From: Alphaproteobacteria bacterium
GTDB taxonomy: Bacteria; Pseudomonadota; Alphaproteobacteria; UBA6615
DNA length: 64,000 bases
Direction: 5' to 3'
Assembly: GCA_021774445.1 (NCBI GenBank)
Contig: JAJFJA010000046.1
Location: 48,562-112,561, forward strand
The stretch's first letter is position 1, and each line of letters begins with the position of its first letter. The notes under the pieces were generated by a model that saw only the letters and a program-made list of their open reading frames with translations, searched no databases and was not told the origin of the DNA. The position numbers were made by a program, and so were the translations under genes. Of the stretch, positions 49,556 through 61,089 are shown in pieces.

Positions 49556-51511
49556 ATGTTGAGAGCAATGCGCAGGGGCTCCAAGAGCTGGGTGATGAAG
49601 GTTATTCTCGGCTTATTGGCCCTGACCTTCGTGGCCTTCTTCGGCGGCGTCGGAGGTCTTGGTGGTTTTAGCAGCGGCGGCCATAATCGCGGCGGCGGCC
49701 AAACCGGCAGCGTCGGCAATCTCAACTCGCTGGTTCAGGTTGGCGACATCGCTATCGACGCCCGCACTGTCTCAAACGCCTACAATCAGGAACTACGCGC
49801 CATTTCCCAGCTTCTGGGTGGCCAGATCTCTCCCGAGCAAGCCCGTCAGCTCGGTCTGATCGACCAAGCCATCGAGCGCCTGGTCGCGCAAGCCCTGATA
49901 GATCAGGGCGCCGCGGATCTGGGTATTTCAATTTCGGACGAAGCTGTGGCCCAGGCCGTGCGGAGTATCCCGCAATTGCAGTCGGCCGATGGTGGTTTCG
50001 ACCCTAATCTTTACGCCGCGCTTCTCAGCCAAAGCGGCATTTCCGAGGCGCAGTTCATTAACGATGTCCGTGGCGACCTCACCCGCCGGCAAGTCCTCGG
50101 CACCGTCCAGGCGGCGACCACGGCCCCATTTGCCCTCGTCGACACCATCTACCAGTATCGCCAGGAACGCCGGGTGGTCGAGAGCGTGCAGATCGGCGCC
50201 ATCGACCTGCCGGACCTGTCCGAACCGACCGAGGCGGAAATCGCCGCTTTCTACGAGACGGCCAAGAACCGGTTCCTGGCCCCCGAATATCGTAGCGTCA
50301 CCGTTGCATCCCTCTCTCCGGAACAACTTGCTGAACAGCTCACCATCGACGAAACGGAACTCCGCATCGATTATGAAGTTCGTGAGGCCGAATTCAGCTC
50401 CCCGGAACGGCGTGCAATCGCGCAGGCGATCTTCCCGGATCAGCAGACTGCCGAACGTGCCCGCGAGTTGATCGCCAACGGCCAGCCCTTCGCCACCGTG
50501 GTCGAGGAGGTCTCTGGCGCACCGGCGGTCGAACTCGGCCAGGTAACCAGAGCCGACCTGCTGCCCGAACTGGCCGACGCCAGCTTTACTCTCAGCGCCG
50601 GCGCCGTCAGTGATCCGGTTGAAAGCCCGTTCGGCTGGCACGTTGCGTTGGTCAAGGAAATTATCCCGGCAGGCACGCGGACATTTGCGGAAGTTCGCGA
50701 TGAGTTGGCGGCGGACCGGGCGCTGATCGAAGCGCGAGACCGAATCTTCGAGGTAATGGATGCGGTTACCGATGCTTATGCCGGCGGCGCCAGTCTCGAG
50801 GACGCCGTTCAGGAGAATGGCCTTCAGAGACGCACTATCGCTGCTGTGGCCGCGAACGGCACCGATCCGCAGGGCGTGCCGGTCGCCGGACTCGATCCGG
50901 ATGGATTGATGACACGTATCGCCTTTTCGACCGGGTCCGGCCAAGACAGCGATGTCGTAGAAACGTCTGACGGCGGTTTCTTCGTCCTTCGGGTCGGCGC
51001 GATTACCGAGCCGACCCCACGCCCGCTTGCGGAGGTTCGTGAGGCCGTCGCAGCAGCGTGGCAAGCCCAGCAGATTGCCGATGGTGCCCAGGAATTGGCC
51101 AACCGACTTGTTGATCGGGTCGCCAGTGGCGCGACTCTGGCCGGCGCCGCCGCCGAGCTTGATCTTGTGGCGGATTTGTCCGAGCCCGTCCTGCGGACCG
51201 GCGAAGGCGACGATCTCCCGCCGGCTCTCATTGACCTCATGTTCGAAGGCGACGTCGGCGACATTTCGGTCAGCCCGGACAGCGAGGGTGTTGTCGTTGG
51301 CCGCCTGGCGGAGATTGTTCCCGCAACCGGCGCCACGGCCCTCGTCGGCCTTCGCAACGACCTCACGCGGGATGTGGCCATTGACATCCAGACCCAACTC
51401 ACCGCAGCGCTTCGTGAACGTTACAAAGTAGACATCGACCGCGCCGCGCTGGGTGGCCTTTTCCAGGTGGACCTGCAGCAGAATCCTCGCCCCCCCCACA
51501 CCGCAATGTGA
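49556..51511 (+). CDS. Periplasmic chaperone / peptidylprolyl isomerase, PpiD/SurA-like (parvulin domain)
   Basis: I trimmed the start to MLRAMRRGSKSWVMKVILGLLALTFVAF (N-terminal anchor). Parvulin motif ...SPFGWHVALVKEI... Confidence 0.75.
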   Translation: MLRAMRRGSKSWVMKVILGLLALTFVAFFGGVGGLGGFSSGGHNRGGGQTGSVGNLNSLVQVGDIAIDARTVSNAYNQELRAISQLLGGQISPEQARQLGLIDQAIERLVAQALIDQGAADLGISISDEAVAQAVRSIPQLQSADGGFDPNLYAALLSQSGISEAQFINDVRGDLTRRQVLGTVQAATTAPFALVDTIYQYRQERRVVESVQIGAIDLPDLSEPTEAEIAAFYETAKNRFLAPEYRSVTVASLSPEQLAEQLTIDETELRIDYEVREAEFSSPERRAIAQAIFPDQQTAERARELIANGQPFATVVEEVSGAPAVELGQVTRADLLPELADASFTLSAGAVSDPVESPFGWHVALVKEIIPAGTRTFAEVRDELAADRALIEARDRIFEVMDAVTDAYAGGASLEDAVQENGLQRRTIAAVAANGTDPQGVPVAGLDPDGLMTRIAFSTGSGQDSDVVETSDGGFFVLRVGAITEPTPRPLAEVREAVAAAWQAQQIADGAQELANRLVDRVASGATLAGAAAELDLVADLSEPVLRTGEGDDLPPALIDLMFEGDVGDISVSPDSEGVVVGRLAEIVPATGATALVGLRNDLTRDVAIDIQTQLTAALRERYKVDIDRAALGGLFQVDLQQNPRPPHTAM

Positions 51512-51576
51512 GTCGGACTGCCCAAGCCGGCCGATGCATCATTGCGCGTGATCGAGGTTGCGGAAACCCGCTGGAA

Positions 51577-52620
51577 TTAGCCGCTCTCGGCTTGTGCCGA
51601 TACCACAGTACTGATCGGAACCAGCGCAAAACCGCGCTCCGCCGCCAAGGGAAGCCACTCCCTGAGCACCTCTATGGTGGCGTCTCTCGGATGTCCTATG
51701 CCAATGGCGTAACCTCTCCGGAGGGCAATCTCTTCCAATTCCGCCAGCGCCGCCCGCACGGATTCGGGCGTCGGATCATGATCCAGGAATACGTCGCGCT
51801 GCACCGACGGCACGTCGAGGTCCTTTGCCACTTTATAGGCAACGGAGTCGGCCGACGTACGACTATCGAGGAAGAGCAGGCCCCGAGACCGGACAACATC
51901 CATCACGGTCCTCATACCGGCTTCGTTCTCGGTAAATCTGCTTCCCATGTGATTATTGATCCCGACATATCCCGGAAACTGGCTTAGCGCGCTTTTGAGC
52001 CGACTTTGCAGTTCCGCCTGACTGAACTCGAGCAGCAGCGCTCCGGGGCCCGGATCGGCGTCCGGGTTATGGGGTCCCATGGAAACATGCACGAGCAGCT
52101 CATGCCCGGCCACGCGAGCCGCCTCCGCCTGCTTGGGTAGATCGTTGGCATAGGAGAGGAAGCTGATCGTCAGCGGCCCCGGTAGCTCGACCATCTGCCG
52201 TGAGCGCCCGCGGTCGATACCCACATCGTCGATCACCAGCGCGATCATCGGCCGGCCTTCGGTCGCCGGCGCCGCCAGCGCATATCGCCGCCAGGCGGGC
52301 ACCGTGCCAACTGCCCCGGCCGCTGGCGGTGAGATTGTTCTGGCGGCGCGCTCTGTGTCGATACGCACCGCGCCGACCTCGGTGGGCGCCTCCTCAACCG
52401 GTCGTTCGGGAGCTTGCACCGCAACGGTGGTGTCGGGCGAGGTAACGCGTTCGTCGCCAAAGGCACCCACGCCCGAAGCGTCTTCGGGGCCCCGCAGGCC
52501 CAGTGTCACGAGACTTCCGGTCAGGACACCGACAAGCAGCGCACCGGCGAGCAACAGCGGGCTGATTCCCAGCCGGCGATACCATGGACGATACCCAAAT
52601 CCACCAATCCTACGCCCCAA
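51577..52620 (-). CDS. Divergent polysaccharide deacetylase family protein (YibQ-like)
   Basis: N-terminal TM helix followed by ...IALVIDDVG...HELLVH...GINNHMGS... Confidence 0.7.
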   Translation of the reverse strand: MGRRIGGFGYRPWYRRLGISPLLLAGALLVGVLTGSLVTLGLRGPEDASGVGAFGDERVTSPDTTVAVQAPERPVEEAPTEVGAVRIDTERAARTISPPAAGAVGTVPAWRRYALAAPATEGRPMIALVIDDVGIDRGRSRQMVELPGPLTISFLSYANDLPKQAEAARVAGHELLVHVSMGPHNPDADPGPGALLLEFSQAELQSRLKSALSQFPGYVGINNHMGSRFTENEAGMRTVMDVVRSRGLLFLDSRTSADSVAYKVAKDLDVPSVQRDVFLDHDPTPESVRAALAELEEIALRRGYAIGIGHPRDATIEVLREWLPLAAERGFALVPISTVVSAQAESG

Positions 52621-52930
52621 GGCCTTGCTCCACGATCCTCATCAAACCCGTCCTGGGCAACGTTATTAGACTACTTTAGCGGCGCACCATAGTCGCTTAA
52701 CAAGCCGCCAACAATGTGCCTCGGGCGGTTCCGCCATCTTGACTATGCCTGAAGAAGCCGACTTGCTATAAAACAGCACTCAATGGGGGTGCCATCTTGA
52801 TCTGGCAAGAGATCGAATGGTTAGCTCCAATAACTATTGGTACATCGGCGGCCATCGATTTGTCGACTACTAGCCAACGACCGAGAAATACGTAAGAGGG
52901 CGCTCAAGCCATGCAGTTAAGGACGGCCCA

Positions 52931-53959
52931 ATGACTGGCAATATGCTCGACTTCAAGGCATTGCTTGCCGTCGCCGCGTCCGGCAACGCCCTGACGCGAG
53001 CGCAGGCCGAGCGCGCCTTCGACATCATGATGTCGGGTGACGCCACGCCGGCGCAGATGGGCGGCCTGCTCATGGCCATGCGTGTGCGCGGCGAAACCGT
53101 CGATGAGATCACCGGTGCCGCCAGCATCATGCGCTCCAAGGCGCTGACGATCGATGCGCCTGCGGGCGCCATAGACACCTGCGGTACCGGCGGCGACGCC
53201 AAGGGAACGCTCAACATCTCCAGTGGCGCCAGCTTTGTTATCGCCGCCTGTGGCGTGCCGGTCGCCAAGCATGGCAACCGCGCGCTCAGCTCCAAGACCG
53301 GCGCCGCGGACGTATTGGCCGAACTCGGCGTCAACATCGATGCCGACATGAGCCTTATCCGGGAGTCCCTGTGGGACAACAACATCGGCTTCCTGATGGC
53401 GCCCCGCCACCACACGGCGATGCGGAATGTCGCCGGCGTGCGCGTTGAGCTGGGCACACGCACCCTCTTCAACCTGCTCGGCCCGATGTCAAACCCGGCT
53501 CTCGTGAAGCGCCAGGTTGTCGGCGTGTTTTCTCGCGATTGGATAGAACCCCTCGCCCATGTGCTGAGCAACCTCGGCGTCGAGCGTGCCTGGGTCGTTC
53601 ATGGCGAGGGCGGTTTCGACGAAATGACCACCACCGGTGTCACCTATGTGGCGCAGCTCGACAATGGCAACGTCACCATGACCGAGACCGTGCCTGAAGA
53701 TGCCGGCTTAGACCGAGCCGATCCGGCCGACCTCAAGGGTGGCGATTCTCGCTACAACGCCGCCGCCATGCGCGCCATGCTGGCTGGCGAGCCAAGCCCG
53801 TTCCGCGACATCGTCCTCTACACCTCGGCCAGCGCCTTGATCGTCGCCGGCAAGGCCGCCGACCTCCGCGACGGTGTCGCCCTGGCCGGCGCCGCCGTCG
53901 ATAGTGGTGCCGCCCAGACTTGCCTGCAGCGCATGGTTGAGATCACCAACCGCAAATGA
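52931..53959 (+). CDS. trpD: Anthranilate phosphoribosyltransferase
   Basis: ...[16 protein letters not shown]...[20 protein letters not shown]... Length 342 aa. Confidence 0.95.
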   Translation: MTGNMLDFKALLAVAASGNALTRAQAERAFDIMMSGDATPAQMGGLLMAMRVRGETVDEITGAASIMRSKALTIDAPAGAIDTCGTGGDAKGTLNISSGASFVIAACGVPVAKHGNRALSSKTGAADVLAELGVNIDADMSLIRESLWDNNIGFLMAPRHHTAMRNVAGVRVELGTRTLFNLLGPMSNPALVKRQVVGVFSRDWIEPLAHVLSNLGVERAWVVHGEGGFDEMTTTGVTYVAQLDNGNVTMTETVPEDAGLDRADPADLKGGDSRYNAAAMRAMLAGEPSPFRDIVLYTSASALIVAGKAADLRDGVALAGAAVDSGAAQTCLQRMVEITNRK

Positions 53960-54774
53960 GCGATACCCTCACCCGCATTTGCGCCAGCAAGCGCGACCAT
54001 ATCGCGCGCCAAAAGACCGCCCGACCGCACGCCGAACTCGAGCGCTTGGCGGCCGACGCAACAGCACCCAGGGGTTTTGCCGCCAGTCTTCGGCGCCGGG
54101 TAGCGGCCGGCAAGATCGGTCTGATTGCGGAAATCAAGAAAGCCTCACCAAGCAAGGGCCTCATCCGAGACGACTTCGATCCGGAAGCCTTGGCGACCGC
54201 TTACGCCTTCGGCGGCGCCACTTGCCTATCGGTGCTCACCGACGAGCCATACTTCCAAGGCACCGACGCCTATCTTGTCGCCGCGCGTGCCGCCGTCGAC
54301 CTGCCGGTCCTGCGCAAGGATTTCATGCTCGACCCGTACCAGATTATTGAGGCCCGGGTCCTCGGGGCCGATTGCGTGCTCTTGATCATGGCGGCGCTGA
54401 GCGACGACGAGGCGCTACGGCTTGCTTCCCTGGCCGCGGACCTCGGTATGGATGTCCTCGTCGAAGTGCATGACCGACCGGAACTCGACCGTGCGTTACG
54501 CCTCGACACGCCTCTCCTCGGCATAAACAACCGCAATCTCAAGACCCTGACGGTCGACATCGCGACCACCGAGACATTGGCGTCCCATGTACCGGCCGAA
54601 AAGTTGCTGATCAGCGAGAGTGGCCTTGGTTCCGCGGCGCATCTCGCCCGTATGCGAGACGCCGGCGCCCATTGTTTTCTGATCGGCGAGCAATTCATGC
54701 GGCAGGCTGACGTGGCCGCCGCCGTGCGCCGTCTCCTGGCGGATCAACTGGCAGAAATGATCTCTCATGTCTGA
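53956..54774 (+). CDS. trpC: Indole-3-glycerol phosphate synthase
   Basis: ...[12 protein letters not shown]...[12 protein letters not shown]...LRKDF...EVH...GINNRNLKT... ATGA overlap with trpD. Confidence 0.95.
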   Translation: MSDTLTRICASKRDHIARQKTARPHAELERLAADATAPRGFAASLRRRVAAGKIGLIAEIKKASPSKGLIRDDFDPEALATAYAFGGATCLSVLTDEPYFQGTDAYLVAARAAVDLPVLRKDFMLDPYQIIEARVLGADCVLLIMAALSDDEALRLASLAADLGMDVLVEVHDRPELDRALRLDTPLLGINNRNLKTLTVDIATTETLASHVPAEKLLISESGLGSAAHLARMRDAGAHCFLIGEQFMRQADVAAAVRRLLADQLAEMISHV

Positions 54775-55264
54775 GTTCACCCATTTCGACGCCCACGGCA
54801 ACGCCCACATGGTCGATGTCTCCGACAAAGATGTCACCGAACGGATCGCGACGGCCGCCGCGCGCGTGCACACGACGCCCGAGACCATGGCCCTTATTCA
54901 GCAGGGCGGGGTCAAGAAGGGAGATGTCCTCTCGATCGCCCGCCTCGCGGGGATCATGGGCGCGAAACGCACCGCCGACCTCATACCGTTGTGCCATCCC
55001 CTGGCCCTGACCTCGGTCTCCGTCGATCTTCACCTCGACCCGCCGACCAATACCGTCGAGATTACCGCCACCGCCAAGCTCAAGGGCCGCACGGGGGTCG
55101 AGATGGAGGCCCTTACGGCCGTGTCCGTCGCCGCCCTCACGGTTTACGACATGTGCAAGGCGGTCGACCGCGCCATGCGCATCACCGACATCCGGCTGCT
55201 CACCAAGAGTGGCGGCAAATCGGGTGACTATCGCGCCCCGGCGTCACCGACAGCGCAGGGGTGA
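54767..55264 (+). CDS. moaC: Cyclic pyranopterin monophosphate synthase
   Basis: ...LTHFD..G.A.MVDVS.K..T.R.A...KGDVL..A..AGI.AAK....LIPLCHPL...[18 protein letters not shown]. Confidence 0.93.
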   Translation: MSEFTHFDAHGNAHMVDVSDKDVTERIATAAARVHTTPETMALIQQGGVKKGDVLSIARLAGIMGAKRTADLIPLCHPLALTSVSVDLHLDPPTNTVEITATAKLKGRTGVEMEALTAVSVAALTVYDMCKAVDRAMRITDIRLLTKSGGKSGDYRAPASPTAQG

Positions 55265-55268
55265 GGCC

Positions 55269-56483
55269 ATGTTATCCGTCGCCGAAGCCAAGCAACGTAT
55301 TCTCGCCGACCTCCCGGTCATGCCGGTTGTGCAGGTCGGCCTAAACGAAGCGCTGGGGCGTGTCCTCGGCGAGGACCTAGCCGCCCGCACCACCCAGCCA
55401 CCTCTCGCCATGTCGGCCATGGACGGTTACGCGGTCCGCGCCCAGGACATCGCCACGGTGCCCGTTACCCTCGACATTATCGAGGAGATCGCCGCCGGCC
55501 ATACCGCGAGTAAGCCTGTCGCGTCCGGTCAGGCCGCGCGCATCTTCACCGGCGCCCCGCTGCCCGCGGGCACCGACACCATCATCATCCAGGAAGACAC
55601 GACCCGCGACGGCGATCGCGTAACGATTACCGAGACCGTAGAGGCCGGCCACTATGTCCGCCCCGCCGGGCTGGACTTCGCCGCCGGTGATCGATTGCTC
55701 AAGGCGGGTAAGCAGCTCACCGCCCGGGACATCGGACTCGCGGCGGCGATGAACCTCCCGTGGCTTCCCGTACGGCGGCGCCCGCGTGTCGCGCTGCTGA
55801 CCACCGGCGATGAAATCGTCATGCCGGGCGAACCCCTCGGTCCGGCACAGATCATCAGCACCAACAACTTTGCCCTGGCGGGTCTTGTCGAGGCGACCGG
55901 GGGCGAGCCCCTGACTTTGGGAATCGCCCGGGACAACGAGGCGTCCCTCCGCACCCTCGCCGCCGCCGCCGAGGGCACCGATCTTCTTGTGACGACCGGC
56001 GGCGCCTCCGTCGGTGACCACGATCTCGTCCAGTCTGCCCTGACCAAGGTCGGTTTATCTCTGGACTTCTGGCGTATCGCCATGCGCCCGGGCAAACCTC
56101 TGATGTTCGGCCGCTTCGGTGCCGTGCCGCTCATCGGCCTCCCCGGAAATCCCGTATCCGCGATGGTCTGCGCCGTGCTCTTCCTCCAACCCGCGCTGCG
56201 CGCGATGCTCGCCGTTTCCGGCGGCGCCGAACCGGTACACACGGCCATCCTTGGCCGCGACTTGCCCGCGAACGACCGCCGCCAGGATTACCTGCGCGCA
56301 ACCCTGACAATCGGCGACGACGGCGAGCCCATCGCGACCCCGGCGCAACGGCAAGACAGTTCGATGTTCGCAACATTGGCCGCCGCCGGTTGTCTCGTCG
56401 TGCGGGCACCGAGCGCCCCCCCGGCCAAGGCCGGCAGCCGCGTCGAAATCATCCCGCTCGGCGGCGGCAGCCAAAACGTTTGA
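55269..56483 (+). CDS. moeA: Molybdopterin molybdotransferase
   Basis: I trimmed the start to MLSVAEAKQRIL, 4 nt after the moaC stop. ...MDGYAV...TGAPLP.GTDT...TGDE...TTGGASVGDHD...PGKP...GLPGNPVSA. Confidence 0.9.
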   Translation: MLSVAEAKQRILADLPVMPVVQVGLNEALGRVLGEDLAARTTQPPLAMSAMDGYAVRAQDIATVPVTLDIIEEIAAGHTASKPVASGQAARIFTGAPLPAGTDTIIIQEDTTRDGDRVTITETVEAGHYVRPAGLDFAAGDRLLKAGKQLTARDIGLAAAMNLPWLPVRRRPRVALLTTGDEIVMPGEPLGPAQIISTNNFALAGLVEATGGEPLTLGIARDNEASLRTLAAAAEGTDLLVTTGGASVGDHDLVQSALTKVGLSLDFWRIAMRPGKPLMFGRFGAVPLIGLPGNPVSAMVCAVLFLQPALRAMLAVSGGAEPVHTAILGRDLPANDRRQDYLRATLTIGDDGEPIATPAQRQDSSMFATLAAAGCLVVRAPSAPPAKAGSRVEIIPLGGGSQNV

Positions 56484-56529
56484 CCGTGGACCGATCACAT
56501 CGGTAACAATTTTCGTTGACCGGATGCAA

Positions 56530-56544
56530 GAACAGGACTAGAAC
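56530..56544. promoter_or_regulatory. Alphaproteobacterial-type LexA (SOS) box GAAC-N7-GAAC upstream of lexA
   Basis: GAACAGGACTAGAAC lies about 55 nt upstream of the lexA ATG. It matches the GTTC-N7-GTTC direct-repeat consensus, read on the other strand. Confidence 0.6.
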
Positions 56545-56597
56545 AACTGAACTGTTTGCTTTTTGTTCTTTCTTGGCCAGGGATACTCAAAGAACCG

Positions 56598-57314
56598 ATG
56601 CTCACCCGTAAGCAACACGAACTTTTGCTGTTCATCAATCGTCATCTCACCGAGAACGGTGTTTCTCCCTCATTCGACGAGATGAAGCAGGCCCTCGGCC
56701 TCAAATCGAAATCCGGCATTCACCGTCTGATCACCGGCCTCGAGGAACGCGGATTTATTCGCCGTCTGCCTCATCGTGCGCGGGCGCTTGAGATCACCCG
56801 TCTGCCCGAAGATGTCGTCGCCGCGCAAAGTGGCCGCCCGGCCATCGCCGGCCGCTTCGATCCGCAGGTGATCGAAGGCGGCTTCGGTGCCGGCAAACCG
56901 GCCGAAAGTGCTCAACCCGCCGGTGACGGGGGCGTCACCCAGATCCCACTACTGGGCCGCATCGCTGCCGGCACACCAATCGAAGCGCTGAGAGACAACT
57001 CCAATTGGCAGCAAATTCCCACCGGCATGCTTGGCAGTGGTGAGTATTATTGCCTCGATGTCGACGGCGATTCTATGGTCGATGCCGGTATCCTGGATGG
57101 CGACACCGTCGTCATCGAACGTTGTGACAACGCCGAAAGCGGCGCCATCGTTGTCGCCCTGGTCGAGAGCCAGGAAGTGACACTTAAGCGTTTGCGTAAG
57201 CGCAATAACAGCGTCGCGTTGGAACCGGCCAACCCGAACTACGAAATCCGTATTTTCGGGCCGGATCAGGTCGAGGTCCAAGGCCGCCTGGTCGGCTTGT
57301 TGCGTCGTTATTGA
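56598..57314 (+). CDS. lexA: LexA repressor
   Basis: I trimmed the start to [13 protein letters not shown]. It has a winged HTH, a long linker, the cleavage site region ...GRIAAG.P... and a Ser/Lys peptidase domain (VDGDSM...LKRL). Confidence 0.93.
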   Translation: MLTRKQHELLLFINRHLTENGVSPSFDEMKQALGLKSKSGIHRLITGLEERGFIRRLPHRARALEITRLPEDVVAAQSGRPAIAGRFDPQVIEGGFGAGKPAESAQPAGDGGVTQIPLLGRIAAGTPIEALRDNSNWQQIPTGMLGSGEYYCLDVDGDSMVDAGILDGDTVVIERCDNAESGAIVVALVESQEVTLKRLRKRNNSVALEPANPNYEIRIFGPDQVEVQGRLVGLLRRY

Positions 57315-59500
57315 GGTACCCACGGCCGGCGTCCCCGCGCCGCATTGACATTGGCGGCAATCGCACCGCCCGGCTCCAGCCACAACACATGCGCCCCGCC
57401 GACCCGCAACTCCCGCGGCGAAATTCTCGTATGCGGTCGAACGCAATCGCGCGGCACCGGCACCCGGCTGACGATCACGTCCGCGGCACGGCAGTCGTCG
57501 CCGAAAGCCGCGGCGTCTTCCACCAACGCAACGATCTGCCCTTTGGCGCGGTAGAGACAGCCGAGGCCGTCGCAAGTCAGCCGGCCGTCGTCGCTGGCGC
57601 CCGTTTTTGGAAACGCCGACCATTGTTCAAGAGCGGCTCGCCGCAGCCAAACGCCACGCGCAAACGCCGCCGCACGGCCGCTCGAGACCAGCAGACCGTC
57701 GCCGCCGTCCCGCACCGCGACCAAGCGCCCATCGCCGGTCACCCAAATATCCGGAACCCTGCCGTGCCCGGCGGTGAACAGGCCCAGCAGTACCAGCGGC
57801 AGGCCGGCCCAGCGCCAGGACCGCCGCATCAGGCATAACCACAAACCGCCGAAGACAACCGCGGCAAACCCGAATGCCGGCATGGCGCTAACCAGCAGCA
57901 CGGCCCCGGACCAACCCGCGACGGTGTGCGCGACCACCAGGATCCAGTGGACGCCCCACCCCATGGGGATCAGCGCCAGCGCCTCAAAGCCGAACGGCAT
58001 CAGCAACAGTGCCAGCACCGCCCACGGCATGACCCAGAGGCCGGTCAGAGGCACCGCCAGCAGATTGGCGACCACGCCGAACACCGCCACGCGGTTGAAA
58101 TGCTGTATCGCGAACGGCAGGGTCGCCAGACCGGCGATCAAGGTCGTGCAGCCAATACCAACGATATACAGCCCGAACCGCCGCAACGGCCCCGAATCGC
58201 CATACCAGATCCGCATCCTCGGCCCGGCCACTTCATAAAAGGCCACCAGCGCCAACACCGCTGCAAACGACATCTGAAAGCTGGCGCCGACAATGCTTTC
58301 CGGCCGCAGCAACAGCACCACCGCGGCCGCCCAGGCCACCAGGCGCAGCGATAAGGCGGTACGATCCAGCATCACCGCCACCAGCACCAACCCGGTCATC
58401 ACGAACGCCCGCCGTGTCGGCACCGGCGCCCCCGCCAACAGCAAATAGCCGAACACCCCGACCAATGCCGCCAACGCCGCCCACTTCTTGATCGGCCGGC
58501 CGAGGGCGAGCGGCACGACAAGCGCCAACAACCCGCGTACGGCGAAGAACAGTAGCCCGGCAACGAGCCCCATATGCAGCCCTGATATCGCCAGCAAATG
58601 CGCCAAGCCGGCGTCGCGCATGGCGGTCAAAGCAGACTCCGAGATACTGCCCCGCTGCCCCATCAGCAACGCCGCCGCCACCGCACCCGTATCCCCGTCC
58701 AGCACCGCGGTGACGCGTCTGAACACCGCCTGACGCAGCCCCGCCACCAAGCCGCCACCGAGGCGAATCTGCCCCGATTCCACCACCTCGGGCTGTCCGA
58801 ATGCAAAACCCACGGCGCCGAGGCGCAGGAACCACGCCTGCCGCTGAAAATCGAACGCCCCCGGCGCCGATGGCCCGGGCGGCGGCAGCAGCGCGGCGCG
58901 AATCCGGACCCGGCTGCCCACGTCGGGCGGCACGCCATTGCCGCGCACCCGAACCCGAACCAACGCCGGAGTCTGTTCTGGCGACAGGCGTTCGACGGCC
59001 GGTTCGGCCACCACCAGCCGGAAACCGCCGGCGGCCGGTTCGGCTCCCAGCACCCGGCCTTCGACCATGACGCCCGACAAGGAGCGCTCCAGCACCGGCG
59101 CTGCCACGCCGGCACTGCGCCATTGCGCTGCCATGAAGCCAAGCGCCATGGCCAAGACGGCACTCGCCCCAATCAACGCTGGCAGATAGTGGCGGACCTG
59201 CCAAAGCAGCACCGTGGCAACGCCGAACCACAGCCCGCTAAACCAAAGCGGCGGTTCAAATCGCAACAGGAAATAGCCGGCGACGCCGACCCCGAGGGCA
59301 ACCGCCAACCATGGGATCCAGCTATGCCGCTCCGCGACGACCTGTTCGTGCAGCCACCGCGTCAGCCCGGACACCGGCGATCCTGAACGCCATCCAACAC
59401 CCTCGGCCTGGTGGACAGCCCGCACCTTCCCCCCAACTGACTGGCGCGACACATGCCGCTGCCGCGCAAAAGTGTTAGGCATATGTCCCAATGGGTGCAA
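57308..59500 (-). CDS. comEC: ComEC/Rec2 family membrane protein
   Basis: 730 aa polytopic protein with a competence-domain pattern (...[11 protein letters not shown]...) and a C-terminal metallo-beta-lactamase-like region. Convergent with lexA. The start is uncertain. Confidence 0.75.
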   Translation of the reverse strand: MHPLGHMPNTFARQRHVSRQSVGGKVRAVHQAEGVGWRSGSPVSGLTRWLHEQVVAERHSWIPWLAVALGVGVAGYFLLRFEPPLWFSGLWFGVATVLLWQVRHYLPALIGASAVLAMALGFMAAQWRSAGVAAPVLERSLSGVMVEGRVLGAEPAAGGFRLVVAEPAVERLSPEQTPALVRVRVRGNGVPPDVGSRVRIRAALLPPPGPSAPGAFDFQRQAWFLRLGAVGFAFGQPEVVESGQIRLGGGLVAGLRQAVFRRVTAVLDGDTGAVAAALLMGQRGSISESALTAMRDAGLAHLLAISGLHMGLVAGLLFFAVRGLLALVVPLALGRPIKKWAALAALVGVFGYLLLAGAPVPTRRAFVMTGLVLVAVMLDRTALSLRLVAWAAAVVLLLRPESIVGASFQMSFAAVLALVAFYEVAGPRMRIWYGDSGPLRRFGLYIVGIGCTTLIAGLATLPFAIQHFNRVAVFGVVANLLAVPLTGLWVMPWAVLALLLMPFGFEALALIPMGWGVHWILVVAHTVAGWSGAVLLVSAMPAFGFAAVVFGGLWLCLMRRSWRWAGLPLVLLGLFTAGHGRVPDIWVTGDGRLVAVRDGGDGLLVSSGRAAAFARGVWLRRAALEQWSAFPKTGASDDGRLTCDGLGCLYRAKGQIVALVEDAAAFGDDCRAADVIVSRVPVPRDCVRPHTRISPRELRVGGAHVLWLEPGGAIAANVNAARGRRPWVPQ

Positions 59501-59571
59501 CCCTGGATGCTGCCGTCGCGGCGCTCTCCATGTTAAAAGACCCCGCCCAAGTCACCACAACTCCGGTCACC

Positions 59572-60978
59572 ATGACGGTCATCACCCGCTTCGCCCCCTC
59601 GCCTACCGGCTTTCTCCATATTGGTGGCGCTCGAACGGCGCTGTTCAATTGGTTGTTCAGTCGCCACCACGGCGGCAGCTTCCGGCTCCGTATCGAAGAT
59701 ACCGACCGCAAGCGCTCCACGCCTGAAGCCATCGACGGCATCCTTGATGGCCTGCGTTGGCTCGGGTTGGATTGGGACGGCGATACCGTCTACCAGTCCG
59801 CTAACGCGGCCCGCCACGTCGCTGTGGTTGATCAACTGCTGGCCAGCGGGAACGCCTACCGCTGCTATTGCACCCCTGAAGAATTGACCGAGATGCGCGC
59901 CCAGGCAAAAGCGGCCGGCCGGGCGCAATTGTACGACCGGCGTTGGCGTGATCGCGACCCGGCCGCCGCACCGCCGGACATACCGCCGGTAATTCGGGTC
60001 AAGATGCCGATCGGCGGACAAACGGTGATCGACGACCTCGTCCAAGGCGAGGTAACGGTGGCGAATGACCAGCTCGACGACTTCATCCTGCTCCGCGCCG
60101 ACGGCACACCGACTTACATGCTATCGGTCGTCGTCGATGACCGGGATATGGGTATAAGCCATATCATCCGCGGCGACGACCATCTCAACAACGCCTTCCG
60201 CCAATACCATCTCTATGGGGCATGCGGTTGGGATGTCCCTGCGTTCGCCCACATACCTCTGATCCATGGCCCGGATGGCGCCAAACTCTCAAAACGCCAT
60301 GGCGCCCTTGGCGTCGACGCCTATCGGGACATGGGTTACTTGCCGGAAGCCCTCCGCAATTACCTTCTGCGGCTCGGCTGGAGCCATGGTGATGACGAGA
60401 TCATCAGCACCGAGCAGGCGGTTGCCTGGTTCGATCTCGACTCTGTCGGTCGGGCCGCGGCTCGTATGGACTTCGCCAAGCTTGAATCCTTGAACGGTAA
60501 CTATATTCGCCAATCGGACGACCACCGGCTTATCGACCTCATCCGGCCGCAGCTCGAGCAAATGCTCGGTTATGCCATTGCTGAGCCCGAACTCGAACGC
60601 CTCGACAAGGGTCTTGCCGGCCTGAAACAACGCGCCAAGACCCTGCCAGACCTGGCGGAGGCTGCTCTGATCTATTGTCGGCGCGTGCCCCTGCCAATCA
60701 CCGATGCTGCCGCCAAGCTCCTCGGTAACGATAGCGTGTCTCACCTAAAGCACCTTGCTACCCTCCTGCGCCCGTTAACCATGTGGGACGAGGCAAGTCT
60801 CGAGACCCGGCTGCGCGAATATTGCGAGCAATCCGGCATGAAATTTGGTAAGATTGCCCAGCCACTCAGAGCGGCCCTGACTGGCACGACCACGTCTCCT
60901 GGCATTTTTGAGGTTATGACGATACTTGGCCGTGAAGAAGTAATGCGGCGGCTCGCCGCAGTGACTGGGGAGCCATAA
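59572..60978 (+). CDS. gltX: Glutamate--tRNA ligase
   Basis: I trimmed the start to [27 protein letters not shown] (HIGH motif). The KMSKS-like motif is KLSKRHG. Confidence 0.95.
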   Translation: MTVITRFAPSPTGFLHIGGARTALFNWLFSRHHGGSFRLRIEDTDRKRSTPEAIDGILDGLRWLGLDWDGDTVYQSANAARHVAVVDQLLASGNAYRCYCTPEELTEMRAQAKAAGRAQLYDRRWRDRDPAAAPPDIPPVIRVKMPIGGQTVIDDLVQGEVTVANDQLDDFILLRADGTPTYMLSVVVDDRDMGISHIIRGDDHLNNAFRQYHLYGACGWDVPAFAHIPLIHGPDGAKLSKRHGALGVDAYRDMGYLPEALRNYLLRLGWSHGDDEIISTEQAVAWFDLDSVGRAAARMDFAKLESLNGNYIRQSDDHRLIDLIRPQLEQMLGYAIAEPELERLDKGLAGLKQRAKTLPDLAEAALIYCRRVPLPITDAAAKLLGNDSVSHLKHLATLLRPLTMWDEASLETRLREYCEQSGMKFGKIAQPLRAALTGTTTSPGIFEVMTILGREEVMRRLAAVTGEP

Positions 60979-61089
60979 CTCGGCCTCTCCCCGGTCGCTG
61001 ATTTGCACTCAGCAAGTCAGGTCTAGTAACTTAACACCGGTAGCCTCGCTCGCCGGGTGTGAACGTAACCTGTACATAGGAATTAGCAC

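Noticed and set aside
52621-52930. Possible trp leader/attenuator or small RNA in the 310-nt gap upstream of trpD
   Set aside because: I could find no Trp-codon-rich leader peptide, no alternative hairpins and no tRNA-like structure by eye.
56549-56568. Second LexA box or palindrome (GAAC-N12-GTTC) downstream of the first box
   Set aside because: Its spacing and orientation do not fit the GTTC-N7-GTTC direct repeat. It is probably coincidental.
57308-59500. ComEC as evidence of a competence or mobile island
   Set aside because: It is a single gene in a housekeeping context (lexA, gltX, gltA). No other com or pil genes and no compositional shift are present.
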